A DNA stretch of 64,000 nt, from IMG/VR virus record IMGVR_UViG_3300005647_000006. The stretch is one strand, 5' to 3'. Numbering within the stretch: the stretch's first letter is position 1; the number at the start of each line of letters is the position of its first letter. Below, in pieces: positions 18,313-27,919 of this stretch. The notes below the pieces were generated by a model. That model made no database searches, was not told where the DNA came from, and saw only the letters and a program-made list of their open reading frames with translations. A program made the position numbers and the translations under genes. The DNA is from a virus.

Positions 18313-18912
18313 ATGAGAATCATATATAAAATAATTAATTTGCTCGACGATACTGTTATCTATATAGGACAGACTGACTACTTGGTAGGTCGTAAGTCAA
18401 CGACTAGGTGGCAGGTTAATAATGGATATACATATCCAATACATAATAAGATTAGAGAAATTGGCTGGAACAATATTAAGTACCAGATACATACTCAAGT
18501 TGAGTCTCAAACAGAAGCAGATGCAATTGAAAGTAAATTAATTGAAAGTATTTCTACTGTTGTTAATTCTAGAAGTGGTGGGTTGTCTGGTGATACATTA
18601 AGCGAAGATCATAAAAAGAAATTAATTAAAAACCATAAAGGTACAAAAGGTATCAAAGGCAAGCTTCATACAGATGAAACAAAACAGAAAATATCTATAG
18701 CTAATACAGGTAAAATTCATTCAGATGAAACTAAACAGAAAATATCACAAGCACGTAAAAACAATAAAAATATAAGAAAACTAACCGACGATCAAATTAA
18801 ATCAATCAAAGCAGATACACGATTTCAAAAAGACATTGCCACCGATCATGGTATTACACAACAACATGTATCACTAATTAAATGTGGTAAGTGGCATTCA
18901 GAAATTAATTAA
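18313..18912 (+). CDS. GIY-YIG homing endonuclease with NUMOD3 repeats and HTH
   Basis: IYKI..VIYIGQT; HTDETKQKIS twice. Confidence 0.8.
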   Translation: MRIIYKIINLLDDTVIYIGQTDYLVGRKSTTRWQVNNGYTYPIHNKIREIGWNNIKYQIHTQVESQTEADAIESKLIESISTVVNSRSGGLSGDTLSEDHKKKLIKNHKGTKGIKGKLHTDETKQKISIANTGKIHSDETKQKISQARKNNKNIRKLTDDQIKSIKADTRFQKDIATDHGITQQHVSLIKCGKWHSEIN

Positions 18913-18995
18913 AATAACCTGTTTAACCTATATGGGGGATTGTCTGGATACAAATTTAATGATACGTTTATACATAATTGTAAGCTGGTATAGAT

Positions 18996-19400
18996 ATGAA
19001 ATTAATTATTATTTTGGTTCTTCTCTTTAGTGCAAATACAAATGCCGATTCCTTTAGTGTCTCTCTTGCCTCTAGGCATATACAAACTGAGCACGATGAA
19101 TTTTCCTACAATGAAATTAATTTAGGTTTGATCTACTATACAAATAACTTGTTTGTTGGTGGTTTCCACAACAGTTATGATGATGCAACTTTTGTTGTTG
19201 GTCGGCGATATACAAATAATGAATTTGGTCTTGATCTGGGGCTGACTTACTATAGAAGATTTAATTATAAAGCTGATAGGATTCTGCCAATGGTTCAAGT
19301 GACCTATGATATATTTAATTGGCGGGTTGGATTAATTCCTACCTTCTCTCGATACACTCATGGGACGTTTACCCTGCAATACACATTCAATCTTAAATAG
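18996..19400 (+). CDS. small outer-membrane beta-barrel protein (PagP-like)
   Basis: signal peptide; YNEINLG, GGFHNSY, alternating aromatic strands, C-terminal YTF. Confidence 0.5.
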   Translation: MKLIIILVLLFSANTNADSFSVSLASRHIQTEHDEFSYNEINLGLIYYTNNLFVGGFHNSYDDATFVVGRRYTNNEFGLDLGLTYYRRFNYKADRILPMVQVTYDIFNWRVGLIPTFSRYTHGTFTLQYTFNLK

Positions 19401-19436
19401 TTGTTTCTCTCTATACAAATATGCTACTCTGATATC

Positions 19437-19891
19437 ATGATAACTATATACAAAATAATTAATTTGGTTGATGAATCTATCATCTACATAGGGCAGACTA
19501 TTGATCTTCGTGACAGGAAAAAATCAACCAAGTGGCGAGTTAAATCTGGATGGGATAGATCACTGTACAATAAAATTAGATCCATTGGTTGGGAAATATA
19601 GAGTACCAAGTACATTGTCAAACTAAGTCTCAGGCTAGAGCCGATAGGATTGAACGAAAATTAATTAAAGATATTCCGACTGTGGTTAATTGTCAAAGTG
19701 GTGGCAGGATTGGCTATACAAATAAGTTCTCTGAAAAAGTCAGGGAACGATTAAGAAGATTATCTGAAGATCAAATTAAATCAATCAAAGCAGATACACG
19801 ATTTCAAAAAGACATTGCTTTTGATCATAACATTACTCAACAACATGTCTCTAGAATTAAATCAGGGAAGATACACGCAGACATTAAATGA
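19437..19891 (+). pseudogene. GIY-YIG endonuclease paralog with -1 frameshift near 19594
   Basis: two track ORFs join into a paralog of 1474 and 18313; one A missing in GAAA(A)TATA. Confidence 0.75.
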
Positions 19892-20136
19892 AAATACAAT
19901 ACAGATTAGATTATCAAAGAAGTAAACATGTCGAACCAACTATTGGTGTACCGATGGGATGGTCTGATGTTGTTGAAATGTATAATGATGTTATTGGCTT
20001 TTATGAGTAAATGTCACTTGAATACTATGAGCTGAAAGTTATCGACGTGCAATCAGGTAATACTATAATATCATCTATGGGGAAAATGGACGAAGGGAAA
20101 CTTAATGGCATTGTGAATAAATTAAATTCAATATGA
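19888..20136 (+). pseudogene. family A paralog with in-frame TAA at 20008
   Basis: MKIQYRLDY...FYE*MSLEYYELK...VNKLNSI. Confidence 0.6.
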
Positions 20137-20236
20137 AAACAGTCTATAAAAATGTTTATTGTAAATTGCAGATTACGGATTTAAAAACCAATACAGTCAT
20201 TAGATCATCTATAGATGAAAATAAAATGGATTAACT

Positions 20237-20485
20237 ATGGGCGTTACCTATACAGTCAGACAATACGATGGAAAGAGAAGTTGTGCTATAGATAATATTG
20301 GGTGCTTTGGTGTGGCTGTGGAAACAGCTAAATCGCTCATGAAAGATAATCCAGTATCTACAGCAATCATTCAGATAGTCGGTGATGTACCATATATTGT
20401 TAAAACGTTTGTTCCAGATGAAAAGGAAATAAAAAAGCAACAATTGCGAATAGCAAAATTAATTAATGAAATGGAGTTACTATGA
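20237..20485 (+). CDS. family A small paralog
   Basis: ends INEMELL. Confidence 0.7.
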   Translation: MGVTYTVRQYDGKRSCAIDNIGCFGVAVETAKSLMKDNPVSTAIIQIVGDVPYIVKTFVPDEKEIKKQQLRIAKLINEMELL

Positions 20486-20604
20486 ATAATTCAACAGCAC
20501 CTTATGAAATTGATATAAATGGAGTTAAAATGGAACTTGGTCGGAACCATCCATTTCTTATTACTTACATGGAAAATATAATTACTAAATTAATTTTACT
20601 ATGA
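20482..20604 (+). CDS. 40-aa tail-bearing protein
   Basis: ATGA overlaps both sides; ends ITKLILL. Confidence 0.5.
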   Translation: MNNSTAPYEIDINGVKMELGRNHPFLITYMENIITKLILL

Positions 20605-20834
20605 GCAACAGCTATATAGTCACGACTTACTTTGATAGTGGTACAACGCAAAGTTGTACATACGAAACTATCAATATAGCAAAAGAACATTTTTCAAAAG
20701 TAGTCGATCAAAACAAACATCAGGTTTCATTGTATGAGATTGATGCGATAGGAGGAACATTAGTGCTTGATCTGTACCATCCATTGGTTGACTTATATCT
20801 ACAAGATGCAATTGATGGATTACTGACAATATGA
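20601..20834 (+). CDS. family A small paralog
   Basis: ends IDGLLTI. Confidence 0.7.
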   Translation: MSNSYIVTTYFDSGTTQSCTYETINIAKEHFSKVVDQNKHQVSLYEIDAIGGTLVLDLYHPLVDLYLQDAIDGLLTI

Positions 20835-21061
20835 ATGATGAACTTGCTTTTATGTTACGTTGGCGGGAGTACAAAGACAGTACATGGAATACGAGCCATC
20901 CAATGAAGTGGGATATTATTGTTCTATACTTTCACGAGTGTAAAGATTGCCATTATGAAGTGCTTGTTGTGGATGCCAAGACAGATGAAACAATCGTATC
21001 GTCATTGGTGGAAAATAAAATTAAATTTGATAAAACTATTGCTGAAATGGAATTGATATGA
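20831..21061 (+). CDS. family A small paralog
   Basis: ends IAEMELI. Confidence 0.7.
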   Translation: MNDELAFMLRWREYKDSTWNTSHPMKWDIIVLYFHECKDCHYEVLVVDAKTDETIVSSLVENKIKFDKTIAEMELI

Positions 21062-21285
21062 AAACCTATCATCTTGAATACGAGAAAAGAAAAGATGGAA
21101 ATATAATGATTGGAACAATCATGACATTATCTCAAGCTACCAATGAATTTAATAAATATTTGGTAACTAGTATTGATTTCTATAATGTTTTAATGTACAG
21201 AGATGGTAATAAATTAATTAGATCATCTGCGAATGAAATGAGAAATAAATTTAATGATCTTGTTGATGAATTAGTATTGATATGA
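21058..21285 (+). CDS. family A small paralog
   Basis: ends VDELVLI. Confidence 0.7.
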   Translation: MKTYHLEYEKRKDGNIMIGTIMTLSQATNEFNKYLVTSIDFYNVLMYRDGNKLIRSSANEMRNKFNDLVDELVLI

Positions 21286-21358
21286 ATGATAAACTTTATC
21301 GGGTTGAACATCAAATACATAAAGGTGAAAAGATTTATGTGAGTGTGAACATTGCATT

Positions 21359-21565
21359 TTAGATATCGTCCAATTTAGTAATTACTTTCAATGTTTCTCG
21401 AAATGATAAAATTGTTTTATTCTTATATTTAATTTTCACTTCATAATAACCACTGATCTTTAGTCGATTATAATGGGCGAATGCTTTGTCAATTGATATT
21501 GGAAAACCTGCTGATGCAAGATTGTCGGTTGCAATTCGCTTAAATTGAATTTCATAGTAGTTCAT
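21359..21565 (-). CDS. family A small paralog
   Basis: ends ITKLDDI. Confidence 0.7.
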   Translation of the reverse strand: MNYYEIQFKRIATDNLASAGFPISIDKAFAHYNRLKISGYYEVKIKYKNKTILSFRETLKVITKLDDI

Positions 21566-21807
21566 ATGCAAATCATGTTTTTAATTGAGGTAGTTAAGTC
21601 TTTTTCAAAATCTGGCTTGAATGATTTAATCAAATCAAACTTCTTACCGTTGTATTTCTCTAATGTGATTTTCCTAATCTCATGTAGATTTTCTTTTTTT
21701 ACTATTTTACATCGTGCATTGTATGTGTTGTTTGCAGTCTCAGGGTAATTATAATCCCATGTGTATTGTCTATTTGGGCCGTGTTGCACTACTCTGAATA
21801 TAGTCAT
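21562..21807 (-). CDS. family A small paralog
   Basis: ends IKNMICI. Confidence 0.7.
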   Translation of the reverse strand: MTIFRVVQHGPNRQYTWDYNYPETANNTYNARCKIVKKENLHEIRKITLEKYNGKKFDLIKSFKPDFEKDLTTSIKNMICI

Positions 21808-22025
21808 AATGATTCCATAATATCACAAGCACAATCAATCATTATTTGATTATCTTCTAATGATGATTTTACAATTGCACCTCCACTACGACGAATTTGT
21901 ACATCATAATAAGTAGAGTTAGTCTTATCTTTATCGTATTTGATCATTGCACTGGGCAATGACATTCCGATACTTATATTATTCTTATTATTTTTTAGAT
22001 AGTAATAGATATTATATATTTTCAT
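21804..22025 (-). CDS. family A small paralog
   Basis: ends CDIMESL. Confidence 0.7.
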   Translation of the reverse strand: MKIYNIYYYLKNNKNNISIGMSLPSAMIKYDKDKTNSTYYDVQIRRSGGAIVKSSLEDNQIMIDCACDIMESL

Positions 22026-22250
22026 ATCAATTCCAATGCATTATTGATAGTATCAAATTTTATCTTTGGCATCGACCAGTGTTGATTTGATTATTGTATT
22101 GGTGCGCTCGTTCATCAATATCAGTTCGTAATAATCAAATTCAAATCGATCATAGTATTCCAATGCATCTTTCCATCTTAATGCATAGCTCATGCCTAAA
22201 CCGCTTCGCTTGGTTGAACGATAGTGTACTCTATAGTCGGATGTGTTCAT
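22022..22250 (-). pseudogene. family A paralog, frameshift near 22066
   Basis: tail FDTINNALELI in shifted frame. Confidence 0.6.
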
Positions 22251-22358
22251 GGAATTAATTATAGCATGTGTGCTGATTTGATGAAATATAGAGTGTGAAC
22301 CAGTTATCATTAATAATTAATTTTCTTGTGTTATAATTAATTTTTTGGAGATTATAAA

Positions 22359-22532
22359 ATGTTCGATAAACTAATGCCTATTTTATTCTTTGGTGTCATC
22401 GTTGTTGCTCTATTTTTTCTGGGGCCACCTATAGTAACAACTAAGTGTATTGATGGTGTTTCGTACCATACAAGCTTTACTAAGATGGCTGTTAAATATA
22501 ATGTAGATGGAACCATAGCACTCTGTGAGTAA
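22359..22532 (+). CDS. family B TM + two-Cys protein, 57 aa
   Basis: TM then KCIDGVSY...AVKYNVDGTIALCE. Confidence 0.7.
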   Translation: MFDKLMPILFFGVIVVALFFLGPPIVTTKCIDGVSYHTSFTKMAVKYNVDGTIALCE

Positions 22533-22764
22533 TTATAAGCCGACTTATATACTTGATTGGGTTTCTGGTACTGGCAAAGGTGGTCAAGATTATTTCGATA
22601 CACGCATTGAAGCGCTTACAGAATTTAATCAAGCAATTGATGAAGGTGCTACTTTAGTTAAATTGTATGAATACGTCGATAGAGAACCAAGCAGTCGATA
22701 TAAAGTAATAAAAGAATATAATTTAGGGTGGGAAAAACAAATTAATCAAATGGTGGAAATATAA
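22525..22764 (+). CDS. family A paralog carrying DWVSGTGKGGQ loop
   Basis: ends INQMVEI; 33/34 nt identity to release-factor gene. Confidence 0.7.
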   Translation: MSNYKPTYILDWVSGTGKGGQDYFDTRIEALTEFNQAIDEGATLVKLYEYVDREPSSRYKVIKEYNLGWEKQINQMVEI

Positions 22765-22765
22765 C

Positions 22766-22990
22766 ATGGTACATGATGGAAAACCTTTCATGGTTAATTA
22801 TTTTAGAGTCCATGAAAGATACAGCACTCAAATAACGTATAAAACATTGGCTGGTGCTACTCGACGGTTTGAAAAGGAAGCTGCCAGCAAGAAAAATTTG
22901 GTGGTTGAATTATATACCTATGATGCTGGTATTAGAACATACGATAAGATTCGAGAACATTCAGCGGTTGATTCAATGGATGAAATTTAA
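22766..22990 (+). CDS. family A small paralog
   Basis: ends VDSMDEI. Confidence 0.7.
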   Translation: MVHDGKPFMVNYFRVHERYSTQITYKTLAGATRRFEKEAASKKNLVVELYTYDAGIRTYDKIREHSAVDSMDEI

Positions 22991-23207
22991 AGTAATTCCA
23001 GTTCATTGCATTAAAGATCCATTATTTCATCTATATAGGATTGTTTGGTAATCACGACTTTACCAAAATGGTTTTTGATTTGGACTGCATAAAAATCGTT
23101 TTGAACATAAACCCAAACGCAATGAGAACATCACCATAACTAGTTTCATGGCTTTGCAACCAATCAGCACATGTATCAACTCGATATTGAACAAAATAGT
23201 TCATCAT
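22987..23207 (-). pseudogene. family A paralog with frameshift and in-frame TAA
   Basis: MNYFVQYRV...; tail EIMDL*CNELELL. Confidence 0.55.
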
Positions 23208-23440
23208 ATCAATTGCATTTCATCACACATATCATTAATAATTGCTTTAAGTACTGAGTGTTGTTTTATAATTTCACCTTTAACAGTATTTCTAGTGGTA
23301 TACAAGTAGACTTCGGCACAGCCATCATCTATACAACTGTCAAAGAATAATATAGCTTCATCGTGTGACATAGTTTCACTTATATAGCGAAACGTTTTAA
23401 TACCACGTTGATATTGAACATAATAATGTGTTTTGTTCAT
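23204..23440 (-). CDS. family A small paralog
   Basis: ends CDEMQLI. Confidence 0.7.
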   Translation of the reverse strand: MNKTHYYVQYQRGIKTFRYISETMSHDEAILFFDSCIDDGCAEVYLYTTRNTVKGEIIKQHSVLKAIINDMCDEMQLI

Positions 23441-23661
23441 ATCAATTCTAAAGCATCACAGGCACAATTCATTGTTAATTTTAAATCACCCCTGAATGAT
23501 TTAACAACTCTATTTTCTTCGATATGCAGTATCTTTATATTGTAAAAGGGTGTGTCTTTTGACATAACATCATAATGTGCCATAGCATTAGACAATGACA
23601 ATGCTGGCCCAGATGATGGAACATCATAGCAATTTTCGTAATATAGAATTCTATAACTCAT
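23437..23661 (-). CDS. family A small paralog
   Basis: ends CDALELI. Confidence 0.7.
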   Translation of the reverse strand: MSYRILYYENCYDVPSSGPALSLSNAMAHYDVMSKDTPFYNIKILHIEENRVVKSFRGDLKLTMNCACDALELI

Positions 23662-23669
23662 AAAATCAA

Positions 23670-24035
23670 TTATGCACTAAATGATGAACCACAACCACAG
23701 GTAGTTGTTGCGTTTGGATTACGAATAACAAATTGTGTGCCGATTAATTCTTCCGTGTAGTCAATTTCAGCGCCCATAAGGTATTGTAGACTCATTGGGT
23801 CAACAAGTAGTTTTACACCTTCTGTTTCAACAATAGTATCGCCCTCGACTACTTCTTCGTCAAATGCGAATCCATATTGGAATCCAGAACAACCACCACC
23901 AGCCACAAAAACTCGCAACATCAGATTGGGTATTCCTTCTTCTTCGATCAATGCTTGGACTTTTAGTGCTGCCGCTTGAGTGAAAATAAGCGACTCAGGC
24001 ATTTCAAAATCATTCATATCTATTTCATCAGTCAT
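23670..24035 (-). CDS. erpA: iron-sulfur cluster insertion protein ErpA (A-type carrier)
   Basis: [49 protein letters not shown]. Confidence 0.92.
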   Translation of the reverse strand: MTDEIDMNDFEMPESLIFTQAAALKVQALIEEEGIPNLMLRVFVAGGGCSGFQYGFAFDEEVVEGDTIVETEGVKLLVDPMSLQYLMGAEIDYTEELIGTQFVIRNPNATTTCGCGSSFSA

Positions 24036-24161
24036 TTGGTATTTATTATATCACCGAATCAATCACAAAACGATGCACAGTTCAAATTGTGATATGGTTA
24101 AAACCTAAAAAATTAATGTTGTGTGGTATAATTAATTTATTTTTAATGGGAAAACTGCAAA

Positions 24162-24362
24162 ATGAATCGATCAGATATAGTAATCACACTAATAATGGTT
24201 ATAGGTTTTATAATAATGTTATCAAGTATCTATAGATTATCAACTTTTGAAGATAATAGTGTTCCAACTACAAAATGTTTGGAAGGTGTTTCGTACTATT
24301 ATTCTGGTGATACGTTGGCAGTTAAATACAAGACTGATGGTTCTGTAGCAGTGTGCGAATAA
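24162..24362 (+). CDS. family B TM + two-Cys protein
   Basis: KCLEGVSY...AVKYKTDGSVAVCE. Confidence 0.7.
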   Translation: MNRSDIVITLIMVIGFIIMLSSIYRLSTFEDNSVPTTKCLEGVSYYYSGDTLAVKYKTDGSVAVCE

Positions 24363-24581
24363 GTGAAAGATTGTTGTCTCATATATAGTTTCGATGCAAA
24401 TTTTATGCACGATCCAAGAGTATCGAAAAAAATGGATGAATCGGAAATGTGGGATTTGTATCGTGTGTTAATCATGCAGGGTTGTGAATGTATCAGAGCG
24501 TACAAAGGAAATGTAGAATTGAAAAATTATCTATACTCAAATGTGATTAGTGCTGCTTGTAAGGCATTGGATTCATTGTAA
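24363..24581 (+). CDS. family A small paralog
   Basis: ends CKALDSL. Confidence 0.65.
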   Translation: MKDCCLIYSFDANFMHDPRVSKKMDESEMWDLYRVLIMQGCECIRAYKGNVELKNYLYSNVISAACKALDSL

Positions 24582-24814
24582 TGGGAAATTACTATTTAAA
24601 ACTTATGGTTGATCGAGGGGATCCTGCTAGGGAGATTAGATTTTCTTCTCGTGAGATAGCTTATAGGCGATATATCAATGCATGTCGTGCAGGATATTTT
24701 TGGGTTGTTCTTTCACATATAAAAAAAGACTATAAAATTATATTACGTGAATACGGTGTTGAAATAGTTAAAATGAAAATGAATCATGCTTGTAGGGAAA
24801 TGGAATCAATATGA
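24581..24814 (+). CDS. family A small paralog
   Basis: ends CREMESI. Confidence 0.7.
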   Translation: MGNYYLKLMVDRGDPAREIRFSSREIAYRRYINACRAGYFWVVLSHIKKDYKIILREYGVEIVKMKMNHACREMESI

Positions 24815-25047
24815 TGATAGAAAAATCAGTGTCTAATTTTGCGTTTTCTCGGCGAGTATTGACCGTGGATATATTGTGGCAAACTGAAATGGCTTACCAT
24901 GTACGATACTTAGGCGTTAATGCATGGCTACCTAAATCCCATGTATTGATAGTTCATTGGATTCATTCCAAATATTGCTGTAGTTGTGGTAGAGCCAGAT
25001 TAAGTGTTCCGTTTTGGCTTTACTGGGATAATTTTGATAATGGATAG
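24811..25047 (+). CDS. hypothetical phage protein
   Basis: AWLPKSHV motif; ATGA-coupled. Confidence 0.6.
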   Translation: MMIEKSVSNFAFSRRVLTVDILWQTEMAYHVRYLGVNAWLPKSHVLIVHWIHSKYCCSCGRARLSVPFWLYWDNFDNG

Positions 25048-25258
25048 AAGTTATCATATAGAATATTATCAACAAAAATGGTCTGCACCTATAATTGGTC
25101 AGTACACAGATCGACACGCCGCTGTGAAGATATTTAAAAATGCAAAAGGCTACTACTACGAAGCTATCCTGATCAGAGGTGGTGAGCCAATTCAGGCGCA
25201 CTCAGATGGTCTAAAATCCACTGTTAATTCTATGTGTGATGAAATGGAGCTGATATAA
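25040..25258 (+). CDS. family A small paralog
   Basis: ends CDEMELI. Confidence 0.7.
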   Translation: MDRSYHIEYYQQKWSAPIIGQYTDRHAAVKIFKNAKGYYYEAILIRGGEPIQAHSDGLKSTVNSMCDEMELI

Positions 25259-25485
25259 TGGAATATTTATTAGTAGTGAAATATCCGAATGGACATTCTG
25301 GTACTTCACATAAAGCATCAATGTGGGATTTAGTGGATGTTGAAATAAAATTCAGTCAGCATGTTAAGCGTGGTGCAACATCAGTGATCTTGTCAGGGAT
25401 GGATAGAAACGGTGATTTGTTTGAAATTAAAAATTTTAATCTCAATGTGTTGAGAAACACAGTAGATCAATTGGATTTGATTTAA
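25258..25485 (+). CDS. family A small paralog
   Basis: ends VDQLDLI. Confidence 0.7.
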   Translation: MEYLLVVKYPNGHSGTSHKASMWDLVDVEIKFSQHVKRGATSVILSGMDRNGDLFEIKNFNLNVLRNTVDQLDLI

Positions 25486-25491
25486 ATTTTT

Positions 25492-25670
25492 AAAGATAAT
25501 CAAGCTCAATACAAACAAAGTATATATCTCCTACCAATAGCTGCATTGCATAATACTCCTGATAGTTAATTCTATAACTATCATATGCAGCATATGCATT
25601 CTTGGTGTACTAGATCGAAACTCAGATATTTTAGTGTCTCTAAATTTTAATTTATATCTTCCGTTCACCA
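25492..25670 (-). pseudogene. decayed family A paralog
   Basis: MNGRYKLKF... then shifted frame ...CIELDYL. Confidence 0.45.
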
Positions 25671-25790
25671 TAAATTCCAATCCACTAATTTCTCTATTAT
25701 ACAGAATTAATTATGATAATAAAACTATTAATTTTTTGTTTTTGACTAAATACTCTAATAAAACAACAAATAACAATAGTGCCATAAATT

Positions 25791-26177
25791 ATGCCAGCAT
25801 CTTCTATAGTTTTGACTAAACCTGCACCAAGTGGTGGAGTAGAAAAAATAAAGTATATACCGTTTAGTTTCAATGGTGTATTGCCAGATACTTCAACGGT
25901 TGCACAGCTTATTATTCCTGATCCAGATTTAGTTCTACAAACTTCAGGTCATATTGCTAAAAGCATAATTGCACCAGCGGGTGATGATGCTGTGATTGAT
26001 ATAACCAAAAATGGTGCTGTGATTGGAGATATCACATTTGCTGATGGTTCTTCAACTGGCACAATTACTGTCACAACAGCAGTAAGTTTTGTTGCAGGGG
26101 ATATTTTATCATTATCAACTAATGCGATAAATGGTATGGAATCTCCAGTTATATCACTAAAACTTGAAAAAACATAA
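25791..26177 (+). CDS. putative virion structural/beta-sandwich protein
   Basis: T/G/S/I-rich; ITFADGSSTGTIT...FVAGDIL. Confidence 0.55.
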   Translation: MPASSIVLTKPAPSGGVEKIKYIPFSFNGVLPDTSTVAQLIIPDPDLVLQTSGHIAKSIIAPAGDDAVIDITKNGAVIGDITFADGSSTGTITVTTAVSFVAGDILSLSTNAINGMESPVISLKLEKT

Positions 26178-26188
26178 GGTAAATAAAC

Positions 26189-27295
26189 ATGGCAATATTT
26201 GATCAAATAGGTTGTGAGGGATATCTTACAGAATCTGTTATTGAAGAACAAACAAACTTTCTTACAACATCAGCAATAACAACTGTTGATGGTAATATAT
26301 TAAATATTACTGGAGAGAAATGGTATGCTGGTGGATATGCAAATATTCACAGAACATGGACTCAGGATTTCGTTTCAACACAAATTGAAATAGAGGCACA
26401 TATGGCATGGTATATTGATGATGACTCATCTCCACATAAAAATAATTCTATTTTATTAGTAAATGGTGCATCAACTTCATCTTCATCAACTACTGATATT
26501 AATGTTAATATTGAAATTGTTACTAACCCATTAAACAGCAGTCAAGATGTTTTGCAGATTAATTATGAGGCAGGACAACCAGCAGATAATAAAAGTTATA
26601 CAACTGATAAAGTCTTAGAATCAGGACAGCTATATTATTTTGTCATTCGAATGCGTGGAGGTTCAGGAACATCAACAAATGATGGTGCATATGAAGTATG
26701 GATCAATAATGAATTGTTGGCTTCTGAACATAATATGAATTATAATACTTCAAATGTAAGTGAAGCTACATTTGATGGTAATAAAGTTGTGTTTTTTGGA
26801 ACTTCCAATACGACATCCACTAAACACTGGATGAGAAATTTACAAATTCATGATGCATGGACTTCTGCTGATAATGTTGCACCAGCATTACGGCATGTAA
26901 TTGACAGTAAACCAGAAACGATAACATATGAAGCTGGAACTACTTGGACAAATGAAGGTGGTGCTGCAACAGATGTGATTGCTGTATCTGATAATAATGA
27001 TGCTACATTTATAGAATCATATGATGCAGCAGGGCATGCAGTATTTACAATGGATCGACCAACAGAATTGTCAGGTCAAACCAGTTTGGATATGGTTGTT
27101 AGAGGTAGAGTAGGGCGAGCTACATCTAACACAAATAATATTAGTATAGCACTTGTAACGAATGCAATGGGTTTAGTAGAAAATTCATCCGATACACAAA
27201 ATATTGCTGCGGTAGGAACTGGTCGTGAAACTTTTGAGAAAAAATTAGCCACCACAGGTACTACCCAATATGTTAAGATAACAAATGGAAGTTAA
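26189..27295 (+). CDS. putative virion protein with LamG/concanavalin-like beta domain
   Basis: 368 aa, T/N/S-rich; YYFVIRM...GAYEVWINNEL. Confidence 0.5.
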   Translation: MAIFDQIGCEGYLTESVIEEQTNFLTTSAITTVDGNILNITGEKWYAGGYANIHRTWTQDFVSTQIEIEAHMAWYIDDDSSPHKNNSILLVNGASTSSSSTTDINVNIEIVTNPLNSSQDVLQINYEAGQPADNKSYTTDKVLESGQLYYFVIRMRGGSGTSTNDGAYEVWINNELLASEHNMNYNTSNVSEATFDGNKVVFFGTSNTTSTKHWMRNLQIHDAWTSADNVAPALRHVIDSKPETITYEAGTTWTNEGGAATDVIAVSDNNDATFIESYDAAGHAVFTMDRPTELSGQTSLDMVVRGRVGRATSNTNNISIALVTNAMGLVENSSDTQNIAAVGTGRETFEKKLATTGTTQYVKITNGS

Positions 27296-27299
27296 TTAA

Positions 27300-27677
27300 A
27301 TGCCTGATATTCGCATATCAGATATAACAGTATCTGATAATATAAATCAAATTCACTTTGACGAAAATTCAGTTCAAAAATTTACGGCTGGTCTGCGAAT
27401 TGATCGTATAACTGCATCTGATGCAATCGATCAACCAAATATTGATGTTAATGGAACAACACAAACGACATCCGGTGTACAAGTTGGTATTATAACTGCA
27501 TCTGATGCAATTATTCCACTGTATTACGATGAAAATAATGTTAATCGTTCAACGCCGGGGATTCGGGTTGTGAACTTTGTTATATCAGAAGCATTGGAGG
27601 TGGATGAATCTTTCTATAATATTGTTAGTGATGTTCTTACACAAAGTCTTTCCAGCCCAGTTCTCACAATGATCTAA
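27300..27677 (+). CDS. putative virion protein with about 28-aa internal repeats
   Basis: ITVSD/ITASDA/ITASDA/VISEA; 21-nt direct repeat at 27407 and 27491. Confidence 0.55.
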   Translation: MPDIRISDITVSDNINQIHFDENSVQKFTAGLRIDRITASDAIDQPNIDVNGTTQTTSGVQVGIITASDAIIPLYYDENNVNRSTPGIRVVNFVISEALEVDESFYNIVSDVLTQSLSSPVLTMI

Positions 27678-27679
27678 AA

Positions 27680-27919
27680 TCAAATATAATCTAATTTCGG
27701 AATAGTTGTTGCTAATTCGTTGTTGATTGTTCTGAAATATACATCAAGTGTAATGAAAGTTCCCATAATGTCACTATCACATTTTATTATTGCTACTCTA
27801 AAAGGATCAAACAATTGCATTGCCTTGAAAAGAAATCGGGCATCCTCGTAGGTATCAATCTTCCTGACACATTCAGGTTGATCGTGATAAGTGTGATAAT
27901 ATATAATTAATTCATACAT
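27680..27919 (-). CDS. family A small paralog
   Basis: ends IPKLDYI. Confidence 0.7.
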   Translation of the reverse strand: MYELIIYYHTYHDQPECVRKIDTYEDARFLFKAMQLFDPFRVAIIKCDSDIMGTFITLDVYFRTINNELATTIPKLDYI

